A stretch of DNA of 64,000 nt from a virus (Duplodnaviria > Heunggongvirae > Uroviricota > Caudoviricetes), in the IMG/VR virus record IMGVR_UViG_3300032304_000977, positions 64,001-128,000 of that record; one strand, given 5' to 3'. Shown here one piece after another: positions 10,201 through 20,500 of this stretch. A program made the position numbers and the translations under genes. Below the pieces are notes generated by a model, which saw only the letters and a list, made by a program, of their open reading frames with translations, was not told the DNA's origin and did no database searches. Numbering within the stretch: the first letter of the stretch is position 1; each line of letters opens with the position of its first letter.

Positions 10201-13200
10201 AAAGAGCCTTCAGAATTTGATGAATCTTCATTCGAAACTAAGAATGCTTGGGCTAATGGATCTCCACCACCACCATCGCCTACGGGTGGAGGAGGAGGAT
10301 CTGGTACATAATTGAATGTTGTTGTATTCGATAATTGCTGAATAAATGATCTATCTCTAGTAACAGCTGTTGTTCCGATAGAAGCATTTCTCACACCAAG
10401 CACACCACCAGATGCAGTATCAATTATACCAATAGCAGAATAAATTCCATCAGCGATTGTTGTTCTTGCTGCTGGTGTGTTGGTTGAAGAATCAGTTAAT
10501 GTAAAGATTCTTCTTCCTGTTAAGAATTTTGGAGAAGCAGCATTGTTAATTAATTGACCAGATGTTAGATGCCAAACGCCAGCAATACGACCTGTTCCTG
10601 TAGAAACAAGATTTCCTACTGGTGGTCTCTCAACATGATTAGAACCTCTAAGTTGTAGTGTCAACACACCACCATTTAGTTTAGATTTTCTAATTGTTCC
10701 TTCAACCACTTCGCCTGCACTAAATGTTCCACGCACATTAATTACGTGAAGCGTGTCAAGCACTCCATCAGGTTGACCTGTTGATGCGTTAGTTGATTGT
10801 TCATGAAGAATTACGATAGCAGTTGCTCCAGAAGTTCTGCCTTTAATAACCTCACCTTTTGTAAAGGCAGTAACCTGAGAGTTTGGTACAATAATAGAGC
10901 GAGCTGTATCGTTTAATTGATTAGTAATTGTTAATGCTGTTGGTTTCGTTTCTGTTCCAGAAAATACTGAAGTAAATGTGCTGGTAAATCCGACAAGATC
11001 ATTTACTAAAGTACCCATAAATGTTCTTTCATAATTTGATGCAGAACCAGATACAATCGCATCTGTATCAAAAGTTAAAAACACTTGTCTTTCTGTATTA
11101 GTTGCGCCATATTGATATGGAACTTCTGCAAAATCAAATCTTCTAGATGCAAGAAATAGTCTTGTTGCTTGAGTACAATAATTTGTTACATTAGTTTCAT
11201 CGCAGAAAGCATATAATCTTGTTGCTGCACGAAGTCCTGTTCCAACAAAAACAACTGGTCGAGAACGAATATAAGAAATTGATTGTTTTGCTGTAAGTCT
11301 GCCATTTGTTTCTGTCAATCCAACAGTCTCTGAAATTTCAGTCTTTAATCCTCTTCCAGTTTCATTAACTTGTTGAGTAACAACTGTATTTGTTGCTGTC
11401 CACGTACCACCGCCATCTCTCCAAGAAGAAGAAGAAACAGCCGTAATTGGACGACCAAGTGAAGAAATTTGCCAATTGTTCCAAATAGTACCAAAGTCAA
11501 CACCTAATGCGTCGGCTTGAGCAGCGACTGAGTCGTATGTTCCACCTTCGTTTATTACCAAATCTGCTGGAATTGCAGTTTCAATCCATGTATCTGATGA
11601 TGGATATAAACCAACAACACCAGCAAACGGACTCTGCGCAGTAGATGTAATTTGCGTAGACTCGGTCGCATATGGCTGCTCCATAATGATGATATCATTA
11701 TTTTCTCGAATTAGTGATTCTTTTCTAGACAATTCTTGTGTAGAAGCCTTTGTTCCTTTATCAATAATTGATTTGATTTCATTTTTATTCTTGTAGAAAA
11801 ATTCAGCGCCAGTAAAATATGGAAGTGTTACAATATTTTCTGCATGTAATCTGTAACCAGCAGCGTTTCTTTCTTCTACCGTCTTGGCGACTTCAATCAA
11901 ATCGACACCAATAGTGTTAAATGCTGGTCTTAATGTTTTGTTTATAATATCGATAGAACATTCATAATCTATGTCATTAACATTACCAATTCTATGACCA
12001 CTGAAGTTGTCAACAACAAAACCATTTTTAAAACGATCTAGACCATCTTGATCTTTAATGGAAAATTGTGATGTTTCTCGCTCGAGATTACTAAGTGTAA
12101 TCGCTTCTTCAATTACGCTTACACGTTTTTCAATTCTTGCGATATCCTTCATCGTAAATCTACGATTATCGATTGGTTTTACAATAATGTTTGATGTATT
12201 AGTTGCGTATGTGTATGGTTTATATTCTACATCAAACAACGGCATGGTATCATCGGGTGTCGCAGGTAATTGCGGATTATCTGCAGAAACACCCAACACC
12301 AAATTGAATGCGCCATCTTTGGATAAAACAATTTTATCTTTTCTTGGTAGATAATACGCAAAGTCACACTGAACGCCATATCTTCTTTGTGGCAAAGCGG
12401 AAAGCGATGTTGTTCCCCCATCAAATGTGCCAGAATCATTTACACGTGGACGAAAATCTAAGACATCTCTTAGACTTACTGTTCTACCAGTAACTTTACT
12501 GTAGAAAGTTGGAAGTTCTTCGTATAGCAAATCAGGATACGAGTCAACAGAGAAGTAGTCACCAGAAGAATGTTCGAAGTATTCAAACGTAATTCTAATT
12601 GGACCTGCTGGGAATGGTACCGATTTACCTTTAATTAAACGACCAAGATCATAATGTGTATCACGTTGACCATTATCTAATATGTAATTATCAGTAATAT
12701 CAACACCAGATCCAGTTGTTTGACTTGTGATGGAGTTGCCAAAAATTACTGCTGGGAATGTTTCGACTTTTAAAATACGATAGATATCGGCTTTGTTTAA
12801 GTTGATGGTTTCAATCTCAACACCAGATTGTAAATTAATTTCAATCGAAGACGATACAAGAGATTTTACTTTTTCTTTAGCATTAATTAGTCGTTTTAGA
12901 ACTGGAGCAAACACTGTATAACTATCGTTTTGTAAATTACCAATTGTGTTTACTCTACTAGACGATGCTTGAATTCTAATAACAGCAGTATTTACCGTTG
13001 ATGATGTTACATCATATACTGCAACTTGTTCACCAGTTACATTATTGATAACAACAAAAGCAGATGGTGTTGTGATAATTAATTGATCTGGATCTGGAAC
13101 AGAAAGGTTAATACTTACAAAAGTAGAACCAGCGTCGCCAGAAACAATATATTTTTCAAGAGTTGTATATGTTGTATTATTATCTTGTAGAGAATTTCCA

Positions 13201-15440
13201 CCACGAATAGTATATATGTCCGTTTTTGGCATGTCGAACAAAGAATCGAAATCTTCTGGGAATTGGTAAATACAATCAGCACGATTTAATGGACCAGAAA
13301 TATTAAAGTTTGCCCATGTTGTTGTTTTCATTGCTCTATCGGAGCTTTGTAAATCACGGACAAAGAAAAATTGTGTTGGTGAATTAGGATACCAAACCAT
13401 ATCACCTGCAGAAACTGCACCTGACGATGTCCATTTAGTTCCTAGACCAGTTGTATCTACGTTATTGTTTCCTGTTGTTGCTGTTGTAGCTTGACCAATA
13501 AATGTTGAATTGTATGGTTGTGGTATAACTAATGCGCGAAAACACTGCGCATCACCACCAGCTGATGTTGATCCAAGAGACAGTGGTGTGCCGATAACAC
13601 GAACTTTGCGGAAGTCTTCTCCTGGATTCATTTGAACATCCATTAGAGAAATTTTAGCAGTAGCACGCCCATTGATTGTTTCGCTACCCTCTAGGTAACG
13701 AATACGAGCAGTACCAATTTTTGATGTAGTAAGATATGAACCATAACCATTCGCAGCACCACCTGATGATGCGTACGATTGTAACGCAGCAGGGAATGTG
13801 GTTGTTGTTACGTTAGTAGATAACAATTTAGCAACATAGTATTCTGTGATAGAGGTTGCAGATGCTTGAGTATGCACAATAGCATAATTTAATTTTGCTG
13901 TAGCATTATTTGGTGTTGCTGTTCCAGAACCATCAGCTGCAGCTGTCATGGTTCCCAGTGTTTGACCAGTAGTTGGTGGAGTATCTACTTTAAATAAATC
14001 AACGATTTGATATCCATCAACATCAGGAACACCAAATGGTATTACATCAATCAAATTACCAAGTTTTGTTGGAATACCAGTATTTGAAACTCTATTAAAA
14101 TCTCTTGCTTTCGGTGCTTCAATATATCTAACACCAGTTGTTGAATATTCAAAACCCTTTACATACGCTTTACCATTTTTTACACCAAATGCAACTTTTG
14201 TAGCATCACCACCAGCTTCTTCACTATAAACACCATAATCATATTTTGCTCTGGTTGTGTATCTCCAACGAACACCACCATCACTAATGGCTCCAGATGT
14301 ATGTGTTGGTGCCGATGTTCCTGAAACGCCACTATCTAAACAAACATAATAGTTTGTAACACCTGTGCTAGTAACATAGTAAACAACATCGCCCTCTTGG
14401 TAATTTCTAATACCTGTCCAAACACCTTGGTCTGAGTTTCTATGTTCTTTTAGCTCTATCTCAAATGGCTGTACTGTATAATCACCAGATTCGTCGTATG
14501 TTCTTCTAGCCAATGTTTGTTGTAGCTGAGATCCACCTGAAGATGTAGTTGAATATTGTAAAACACCATTTCTTAATGAGAAAAGAGAAATAAAATTATC
14601 TGTATCGAAACCCAACTCTTTAGCAGACAAAACTAAAGTGATTTTGTATCTATGTGCTCCTGGAGCAGTGTAATTTGGAGAGCCAGTAGAATTATCTAAA
14701 AGAGAAGTATCTTCTTCTGGTGTTACTATACTCTCAACGATATCTAAACCAATCAACGCTGTTGGTCGGTTTGTGTATTTTGCAACAGAAATATATTGTT
14801 CGTCTACTTTTACAAAATTTCCACCAACGTAATATACGCCTTCTGCTATATGGGCAAATATACCAGAAATCGTATAATCTGTTACATTTTGTATTCTAAT
14901 GCGATATGATTGAACTGCTGCTGTAGTAACTACACCAGTTACTGGATCTGTGTATGATGGTGCGGTTGTTCCACCATTACCATCATCTACAGCAACAACC
15001 GTAAATCCTAAAATTTCATTTTGTAAAAAGTTAGTTTCGCCGTTAACACCATTTGATAATATCTTAACAAATAATACAGGAGGATCGCCAGCTGTAGTAG
15101 ATGGTTCGCCTAAAACAATTGTTGCTCTAACTCCAGATGTCTCACCAGTTATTGTAACATTGTTAACTGCTCTAATGAATGTATTTAAATTAACACCAGT
15201 ATCGATTTCCAATGGCTCCATCTTAAGCGTAGTTGCTTCTTGATATCTTGCTTGTCCTGGAATAACTACAGATCTTTCTTGAAAAATATAATTACCAAGT
15301 CTTTCGATTTGTTTTTGTAAAATACTTTGTGTCTGCGTCAACTCTCTCGCTTGTAATGAATATCCTGGACGGAAAAGTACTTTGAGGAATTTTTTATCCT
15401 CATCATAATCGTCAAAGTATGGCGATTGATTAAAATTCAT
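7233..15440 (-). CDS. VrlC-like (DUF4815-type) giant virion structural protein
   Basis: 2735 aa; N-terminus FNQSPYFDDYDEDKKFLKVLFRPGYSLQARELTQTQSILQ and C-terminus PQVKDLRVIATA are characteristic of this family. Confidence 0.85.
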   Translation of the reverse strand: MNFNQSPYFDDYDEDKKFLKVLFRPGYSLQARELTQTQSILQKQIERLGNYIFQERSVVIPGQARYQEATTLKMEPLEIDTGVNLNTFIRAVNNVTITGETSGVRATIVLGEPSTTAGDPPVLFVKILSNGVNGETNFLQNEILGFTVVAVDDGNGGTTAPSYTDPVTGVVTTAAVQSYRIRIQNVTDYTISGIFAHIAEGVYYVGGNFVKVDEQYISVAKYTNRPTALIGLDIVESIVTPEEDTSLLDNSTGSPNYTAPGAHRYKITLVLSAKELGFDTDNFISLFSLRNGVLQYSTTSSGGSQLQQTLARRTYDESGDYTVQPFEIELKEHRNSDQGVWTGIRNYQEGDVVYYVTSTGVTNYYVCLDSGVSGTSAPTHTSGAISDGGVRWRYTTRAKYDYGVYSEEAGGDATKVAFGVKNGKAYVKGFEYSTTGVRYIEAPKARDFNRVSNTGIPTKLGNLIDVIPFGVPDVDGYQIVDLFKVDTPPTTGQTLGTMTAAADGSGTATPNNATAKLNYAIVHTQASATSITEYYVAKLLSTNVTTTTFPAALQSYASSGGAANGYGSYLTTSKIGTARIRYLEGSETINGRATAKISLMDVQMNPGEDFRKVRVIGTPLSLGSTSAGGDAQCFRALVIPQPYNSTFIGQATTATTGNNNVDTTGLGTKWTSSGAVSAGDMVWYPNSPTQFFFVRDLQSSDRAMKTTTWANFNISGPLNRADCIYQFPEDFDSLFDMPKTDIYTIRGGNSLQDNNTTYTTLEKYIVSGDAGSTFVSINLSVPDPDQLIITTPSAFVVINNVTGEQVAVYDVTSSTVNTAVIRIQASSSRVNTIGNLQNDSYTVFAPVLKRLINAKEKVKSLVSSSIEINLQSGVEIETINLNKADIYRILKVETFPAVIFGNSITSQTTGSGVDITDNYILDNGQRDTHYDLGRLIKGKSVPFPAGPIRITFEYFEHSSGDYFSVDSYPDLLYEELPTFYSKVTGRTVSLRDVLDFRPRVNDSGTFDGGTTSLSALPQRRYGVQCDFAYYLPRKDKIVLSKDGAFNLVLGVSADNPQLPATPDDTMPLFDVEYKPYTYATNTSNIIVKPIDNRRFTMKDIARIEKRVSVIEEAITLSNLERETSQFSIKDQDGLDRFKNGFVVDNFSGHRIGNVNDIDYECSIDIINKTLRPAFNTIGVDLIEVAKTVEERNAAGYRLHAENIVTLPYFTGAEFFYKNKNEIKSIIDKGTKASTQELSRKESLIRENNDIIIMEQPYATESTQITSTAQSPFAGVVGLYPSSDTWIETAIPADLVINEGGTYDSVAAQADALGVDFGTIWNNWQISSLGRPITAVSSSSWRDGGGTWTATNTVVTQQVNETGRGLKTEISETVGLTETNGRLTAKQSISYIRSRPVVFVGTGLRAATRLYAFCDETNVTNYCTQATRLFLASRRFDFAEVPYQYGATNTERQVFLTFDTDAIVSGSASNYERTFMGTLVNDLVGFTSTFTSVFSGTETKPTALTITNQLNDTARSIIVPNSQVTAFTKGEVIKGRTSGATAIVILHEQSTNASTGQPDGVLDTLHVINVRGTFSAGEVVEGTIRKSKLNGGVLTLQLRGSNHVERPPVGNLVSTGTGRIAGVWHLTSGQLINNAASPKFLTGRRIFTLTDSSTNTPAARTTIADGIYSAIGIIDTASGGVLGVRNASIGTTAVTRDRSFIQQLSNTTTFNYVPDPPPPPVGDGGGGDPLAQAFLVSNEDSSNSEGSFLTEVEVFFETKDAILPVIVEVRTTENGFPTRNILPFAQKVVYPSQINTSKDASIGTQIRFPAPIHVRNGTEYAVSITTASPQYKMFTATLEKTDVSPVKLGKVIKIPTMGSMFKSQNSTTWTPAPLQTLKMNIYRAVFNTTSTAGATGTAALIGTTTGLNYLSLRTDDVETVSNAARATKQTALALNPFRVTSGKSEVIVKHPNHGMSVGAYVSYRNVTGGENYGFDNILFNSQTFIPEQFDIRTSTFIPTGNAIQYQVLKVYSHDLYSIRVTSNNAFVLASASGNFGGDQIVATRNAMFTVLHPAVSLINFKATEVVGQVKTTSGRSPHGSETPHVKDTSWTNVVLNDNNYFNTQRVILNKANENILLDKDSSFELRLQLSSSSKFLSPVIDLDRTMAIVTQNRIDDPVSTKSINSNYFSASAGFDGTEIYTSEYDNRQGSAQVGYITRKLQFKNTSKLLKVQLAASIPSNTGVDKSTPTVSLPVKFQSGSRVSEHPTIVNQRTLVSTTYPIGTTVLGFQAVTGIVDGMYIYGPGLQEGTRVNGIASTNVTIDKSLKAAIPSSTQGSVYYFTAFDISQQDKTKQIDVGDYVTYNGTSGGGTPIPTGTFVTSAPKNTYFTKRVGSYATGAFVQASALNPVTLTNTNIGGIDPSTNNMTIFLDNLSDIKQGLYAYLKFYNTNDGSFVFGPASIRRVLRVNVDNKSVVLEKLSALDEFSVVGFTNSFFFNGNNNVVTFFNPVIKLNQAVTSAVDPTLSSRVQTNLLTFTSPPNSELEVYAKVSNTGNSTSAAALQFTSSEYNSVSNPYAVDSTNDIIYFPVAHNFNTGSAVLYNAGANAIGGLRTGTVYYAVAITTTSIKLATTYQNAIEIGRATVGFSPINITATAVTETHTLTDVNQKDQASIDDDLYIRIIPDVSLNADQTNYGGSNPLATGKGQLTTTDNPNQFIDHSFTADNLPPFNTAVIKIVMRSRNPAFVPQVKDLRVIATA

Positions 15441-15472
15441 TTGCTAGTCTCCAATTGTTATCTTTATATTTA

Positions 15473-17512
15473 TTAGAATTCAAGAACGAATCTAAATTTT
15501 TCCTTGGTAGTTGAGCGTGGTAGTGCGTTTCTATATTCGGTAAATATAATTTTACCAGAATATTTCTCAACTGTTGGGTTATATGATGCTCCCGTTCCCG
15601 TATACGTTAATGTATGAGCAGTTCCAGCACCAAGAGCAGTAAAATCAATAGCAACACCAGAATTCGCATTGGAAAGAGAGGTTGCTAATTTTAATTCGTT
15701 TGTTGATATTCTAATTATATAGTATGTATTGCCAGTAACTAATGCGCTTGCAACAGAAGGAATTGTTGTACCACCACCATTGGTGTAAACAACAGAATCT
15801 CCAGTCTTAAAAGGATGGTTTTGTATTGTAAGAATATCTGTACCAACACTAACTACACCAGAAGAAGAACCATTGAATGTGACATATGGACCGATGTAAA
15901 AAGATGCTGAAGAATCAGTCTTAGTGAAAAGTGTACCAGTAACAATTGGGTTGTTTTGTATTAATTGTTCAGTTGTTCGTACCAAGCCAACATACTTTTC
16001 AACATTTGTTTGTGTTAGAGTCTGACCAGACCCAACTCCTGGACTAATTGCGATGGCTGTATTAGATTGTGCGTTTGCTAAAGATGATGCTAATTTAATA
16101 ATATCTACGCTTACTTTAATTACAAAATATATTGTTCCAGTGGTAAGACCGACTATACTTGTTCCACCATTGTTGTTGTATAGTAAACTATCACCAGTAA
16201 TTAAATTATGAGCAATAGATGTAAGTTCATTTGTTGTTCCATTAACTGCAGTAGCTGCATTAAATGTCAATGTTCTTACAACATTAGATGTATCTTGCCT
16301 TACAGAAACAACTGTTGCTACTGGATTCGCAAGACCGCTTACTGCTGTAGTATAACGATCTCCAAACGATAACGATCCTAGTGTTTCGTTGTATCGATAC
16401 TCTGTAAAATTTGTCAACAAAGTAGATGTCGCCCTTGTTGTTGTTCCATAGTTTGTTGGATTTTCGAGCAATCCAACAACTCTATACGTTAAATTTGGAA
16501 TTCCTGTAGCAGAACTCGATGTGTAAGCTCTGAACGCATTTCCTCTTGTTGGGAAATAGTTATCTGTATTGATGTTATCTGCTTTAACGATAAGGAAATT
16601 TGGCTCTAGTTCTTGCGCCAAATCATAAGCGAATCCACCCTTTGGTGCAACAATCGCTTTCGCAGTCGCAGCTGTTGTTGGTGTTCCACCACCAGTAATA
16701 GAAACTTTGACATATGTATATCCTGTTCCTGCGCTCGTAACAGGAATGTACACAATCGCACCACTAGAAACAACAGGGGTTCCTAATGTTAAACCAGTTC
16801 CATCACCAGTAACTGTAACTGTTGGTACACTTGTATAGCCAGAACCACGACTAGTCATAACAATGGCTGTTATTTGTCCAGCAGCAGCTGCAGAACCAAG
16901 AACTGTTGGCATTGGGCAATGGTTTGTTGTCAAGTAATCATCAACATCTGTCGAACTCAACTCACCAAGATATTTCCATTTATAACCATCAGCCAAAGTA
17001 GAAATATTTGTTGTTGTAAATGTTGGTTTTGTGGTCGATGCTATTGGGTTCCCTGTCGAAGAACTTCTGTTGTCAATACATCGATAAATTTTATAAACAC
17101 CAGCATCATTTACTAAAACAACATTGTTTGATCTTGCCAAAGATAATGGTTTTGTATTTACATATTCACCAGCCAAACTAACACCCGTTACAGTAGATCC
17201 ATCGTAATCGTCTCTGTACATATCATAGTATTCGCTACTAGTCCAATTTACTCTACGAAATGCACGTTTAATCTCTGACCCTGTTAGTTTCTTAAGTCCA
17301 ATTATGCCATCCCATGTTTGTTTTTCATCAAACAATGTATCTTTTGGTGATGGTGGTGATGTTTCATTGTTTGCTCCACCTGGAACAGTTGCCCAAGAAA
17401 CTGGGTTTCCGAAATAAAAGTAAAGCGAGGTATCTCCAGATGTTACATTGGATGCGTAATTTTCGCAAGTCTGCGCTTTAGTTTTTTGTTTTACGATTGC
17501 GTATTGTGGCAT
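15473..17512 (-). CDS. gp8: Baseplate wedge subunit gp8-like, with inserted beta-domains
   Basis: LYFYFG...W, RRVNWTS..YYDMYRDDY, YRCIDN, DGYKWKYL and C-terminal KEKFRFVLEF; follows gp7. Confidence 0.85.
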   Translation of the reverse strand: MPQYAIVKQKTKAQTCENYASNVTSGDTSLYFYFGNPVSWATVPGGANNETSPPSPKDTLFDEKQTWDGIIGLKKLTGSEIKRAFRRVNWTSSEYYDMYRDDYDGSTVTGVSLAGEYVNTKPLSLARSNNVVLVNDAGVYKIYRCIDNRSSSTGNPIASTTKPTFTTTNISTLADGYKWKYLGELSSTDVDDYLTTNHCPMPTVLGSAAAAGQITAIVMTSRGSGYTSVPTVTVTGDGTGLTLGTPVVSSGAIVYIPVTSAGTGYTYVKVSITGGGTPTTAATAKAIVAPKGGFAYDLAQELEPNFLIVKADNINTDNYFPTRGNAFRAYTSSSATGIPNLTYRVVGLLENPTNYGTTTRATSTLLTNFTEYRYNETLGSLSFGDRYTTAVSGLANPVATVVSVRQDTSNVVRTLTFNAATAVNGTTNELTSIAHNLITGDSLLYNNNGGTSIVGLTTGTIYFVIKVSVDIIKLASSLANAQSNTAIAISPGVGSGQTLTQTNVEKYVGLVRTTEQLIQNNPIVTGTLFTKTDSSASFYIGPYVTFNGSSSGVVSVGTDILTIQNHPFKTGDSVVYTNGGGTTIPSVASALVTGNTYYIIRISTNELKLATSLSNANSGVAIDFTALGAGTAHTLTYTGTGASYNPTVEKYSGKIIFTEYRNALPRSTTKEKFRFVLEF

Positions 17513-17513
17513 G

Positions 17514-20500
17514 TTAAGATGTCGTCATTTCTGTTGTAATTGCGGTGTTCGTACTATTTATAGTGTTAGAAACAACCTCTGTGGTTCCAAGTATCTCATT
17601 TCCGTTGTTGGTAACGAAGTAATCGACTTCTCCAAACACAGCCATACCAGCTGGGTGAACCAGTTTATTATAATATGACTTCCAATTTTCTGGAGAATTT
17701 GCTCCTCTTACAACATAAGAATAGTCTTGATAATAATATGAATCTTGTAATTTCATAACTGAGTTTAATAATTGTTTATCTCCCTCGTAATTTACTGTAG
17801 ATCCATTTGCAGTTGATGTTGTAATTGCTTTTGGAGATGCAGTCACACTTGGTCTGTACATACCCCAATACACAGTTCCATTACCGTCCCATGCGCCCAC
17901 TGCACTTGTATTTACTGCTGTTGTCAATAATGTATTTGTGTAGATTCTAAACGATCTTGAAGAAACTGGAGAGACATAATAATAACCATCTGGAATATTG
18001 TTAGCAGACATCCCGATTATCTTTATTTGCTCACCATATTCCATATAATGATCTTCAGAAATAGTTATTGTAGTTGATGTTGATAATGTAATACCAGTAA
18101 CAGTGTAGTTAAATCCAACCTGAGCTGTAGCCCCAGATACTAAGCCAGTTACGGTGTCACCAAAATCAATCAATGTGGCAGATCCATTTGGTGCAATTTT
18201 ATAGTATAAAGAACGCTTAGACATAAATGTTCCTACTTCTGTAGAACCAACCTTAACTATTTCTCCATCAGTAAATGTTCCTGTGGTAGTTTTAGAAGCA
18301 AAAGTTGTTGGTAACAATAAAGTTCTAGATACATTGTGAATACCACCATCTAAAATCTCAAACGATCTAGCAGCACCAACTTTACTTACCAAAGAATAAA
18401 TTTCAGCACCAGATCCATATCTGTCTGGAGTATCAATAGTTATGTTTGGAATTTTGTTATAAGATCCAGGAGATGTTACTGTGATTGTTTCAATTGGTCC
18501 AACTTCAGTTAACAGTGTTGGTGAATATACAATACTAAATTCCTCTATTCCAGTTCCAGTAACTCCTGGGTTTGCTAACAACCCAAGATTTGAATTTGTA
18601 GAATTGGGTATAACTTCAAACAACTCAGAAGCTGTGTCTAGATTTGTTCTACTAAAGAAATGTGTTCCAGAACCAACTGTTGTTAGAGTTATGTGTGTGC
18701 CAGCGATAGCATTCTCGAAAGATGTAGCCAATTTTATTGTTGTAGAACTAATTCTAATTACATTGTATACTTGCTCTGATGTTAAACCACCAATTGGTGT
18801 TGTTGCAACATAAACAACTTCTTCTCCGCTATAAAATGTATGCCCACTTGGGAAAGTGATAATACCAGTTGCTGTCGCAACACTAGCACTTGTTGTGCTA
18901 CAAAATCCAAAATTAGAAGTCGTTCCATTTGAATTTGTTGTTAACGTAAATCCTTCAACTGAATCAACTTCAACTGTTTTTGTATCCTTTACATATAATG
19001 TAGAGCCAGTGGCTATTCCTGGACTTATTGTTCTTTGATCAACGTAAGTAACTTCATCGCCATTTCTAAGGTTGTGTTTATAGTTTCCAGGAGTAAACGC
19101 AAATTGTTCTTTATTGGTTGTAATTGGCAACAAATTACCAGATGCGCCAGAAACCACAATATATTGTAATCCAGAACCAGATGTTGTCAAATCAATAGAA
19201 CGACCAATTAAAGCATCTGCCTTAGTTTCTGCAAGTCTTAATTGATTTTCGGAAACATAAATTAAAAAATATTCTTTATTGTTGATCAACCCACCGATAG
19301 AATCGCCTGATGTATTGTATACCAATGAATTCAAACTTTGAAGTGTATGATCTTCTGCTGTTGTAATAATATTAGAAGTAATATCAACACTCGTTATCAA
19401 AACTTTGTCGATAAACTTTCTCGAATCAAAAGACTTTTCTTTCACAGAGCCATATGATAATGTTTGTGGAATTGTTTGCAAAGAACAAGTTTTTCCTGGT
19501 GTCGCAAATGCAGTCAAATTAACAAAAGTATTTGAGACATAATTATCTTTAGATGATGCTAATCTGATTGTGTTTGCAGATATCGATTTCACATAGTATG
19601 TCACACTATCCGTTAAACCAGTTGGTAATGTTCCATTAAAATCTGCTCTTACTCTAACCCAAGAACCATCAGTAAATCCATGATTGTTAATTGTGATTAA
19701 GCCAGGAGAACCTGTTGTTACGTCTGTTGCTGGGTCAAAATATTTTGAGATTGAGATGTTTTTATCAATTACGCAACCACTTAAAGATTTGTTTATTGGA
19801 TTATTGAAAGCAGAATTTACAGATGATCCACTTGTTATTGGGTTGTAGAACAATTCATTACCTGATATACTTGAACCGAATTCTGAACCAAGAGAAAAGG
19901 GAACCAACGAAGAAGTATCAGCAAGCGCATCCGCTTGTGTATTGTAAAATTTAATATATTTTCCATAATCGTTCATTCCCGTTCTTACGAAAACGTCTCT
20001 GACGTATGGAGAAATGTGTGAATTGTTTACTGTTGATGCATTGGGATTTTTAGTCAACAATTGTTTATCTGAAATTTTCTCGATAATGTAATCTGATCTA
20101 TACAAAGATCTTACTGTAACTGTATAATCTTTTATCGTTGTGTCTGGAACAACATATCCATTTGGTGACCAAGCATTATAGAACTGGTAAATTGTTCTTT
20201 GTGTATCGCTCGAAATTTTAGTATAGTCTGCAAAATTAGAATAAAATATTAAATGTTTTTTCGGATTGTTTGCTGGCAGAGATGGAGAATAAAATTCTAT
20301 AACTATTCTTGTATCAAATAGAGATTGATTACCTTGCGCTAATGTGTTGAATCCTAAATCATTAAACTCCAAAGCAAGAGAGGTACCATCTTCCATTTTA
20401 TACACAGAGTCAGTAAAAACAGATTCTTGCATCAAAACATAATCTCTTGTATCTCTAGTATTGTAACTTTGCGTAGTAGTAGCATTATCAATAATATTAC

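Noticed and set aside
7233-15440. VrlC as a virulence factor
   Set aside because: The name is historical; here it lies in the baseplate module and behaves as a virion structural gene.
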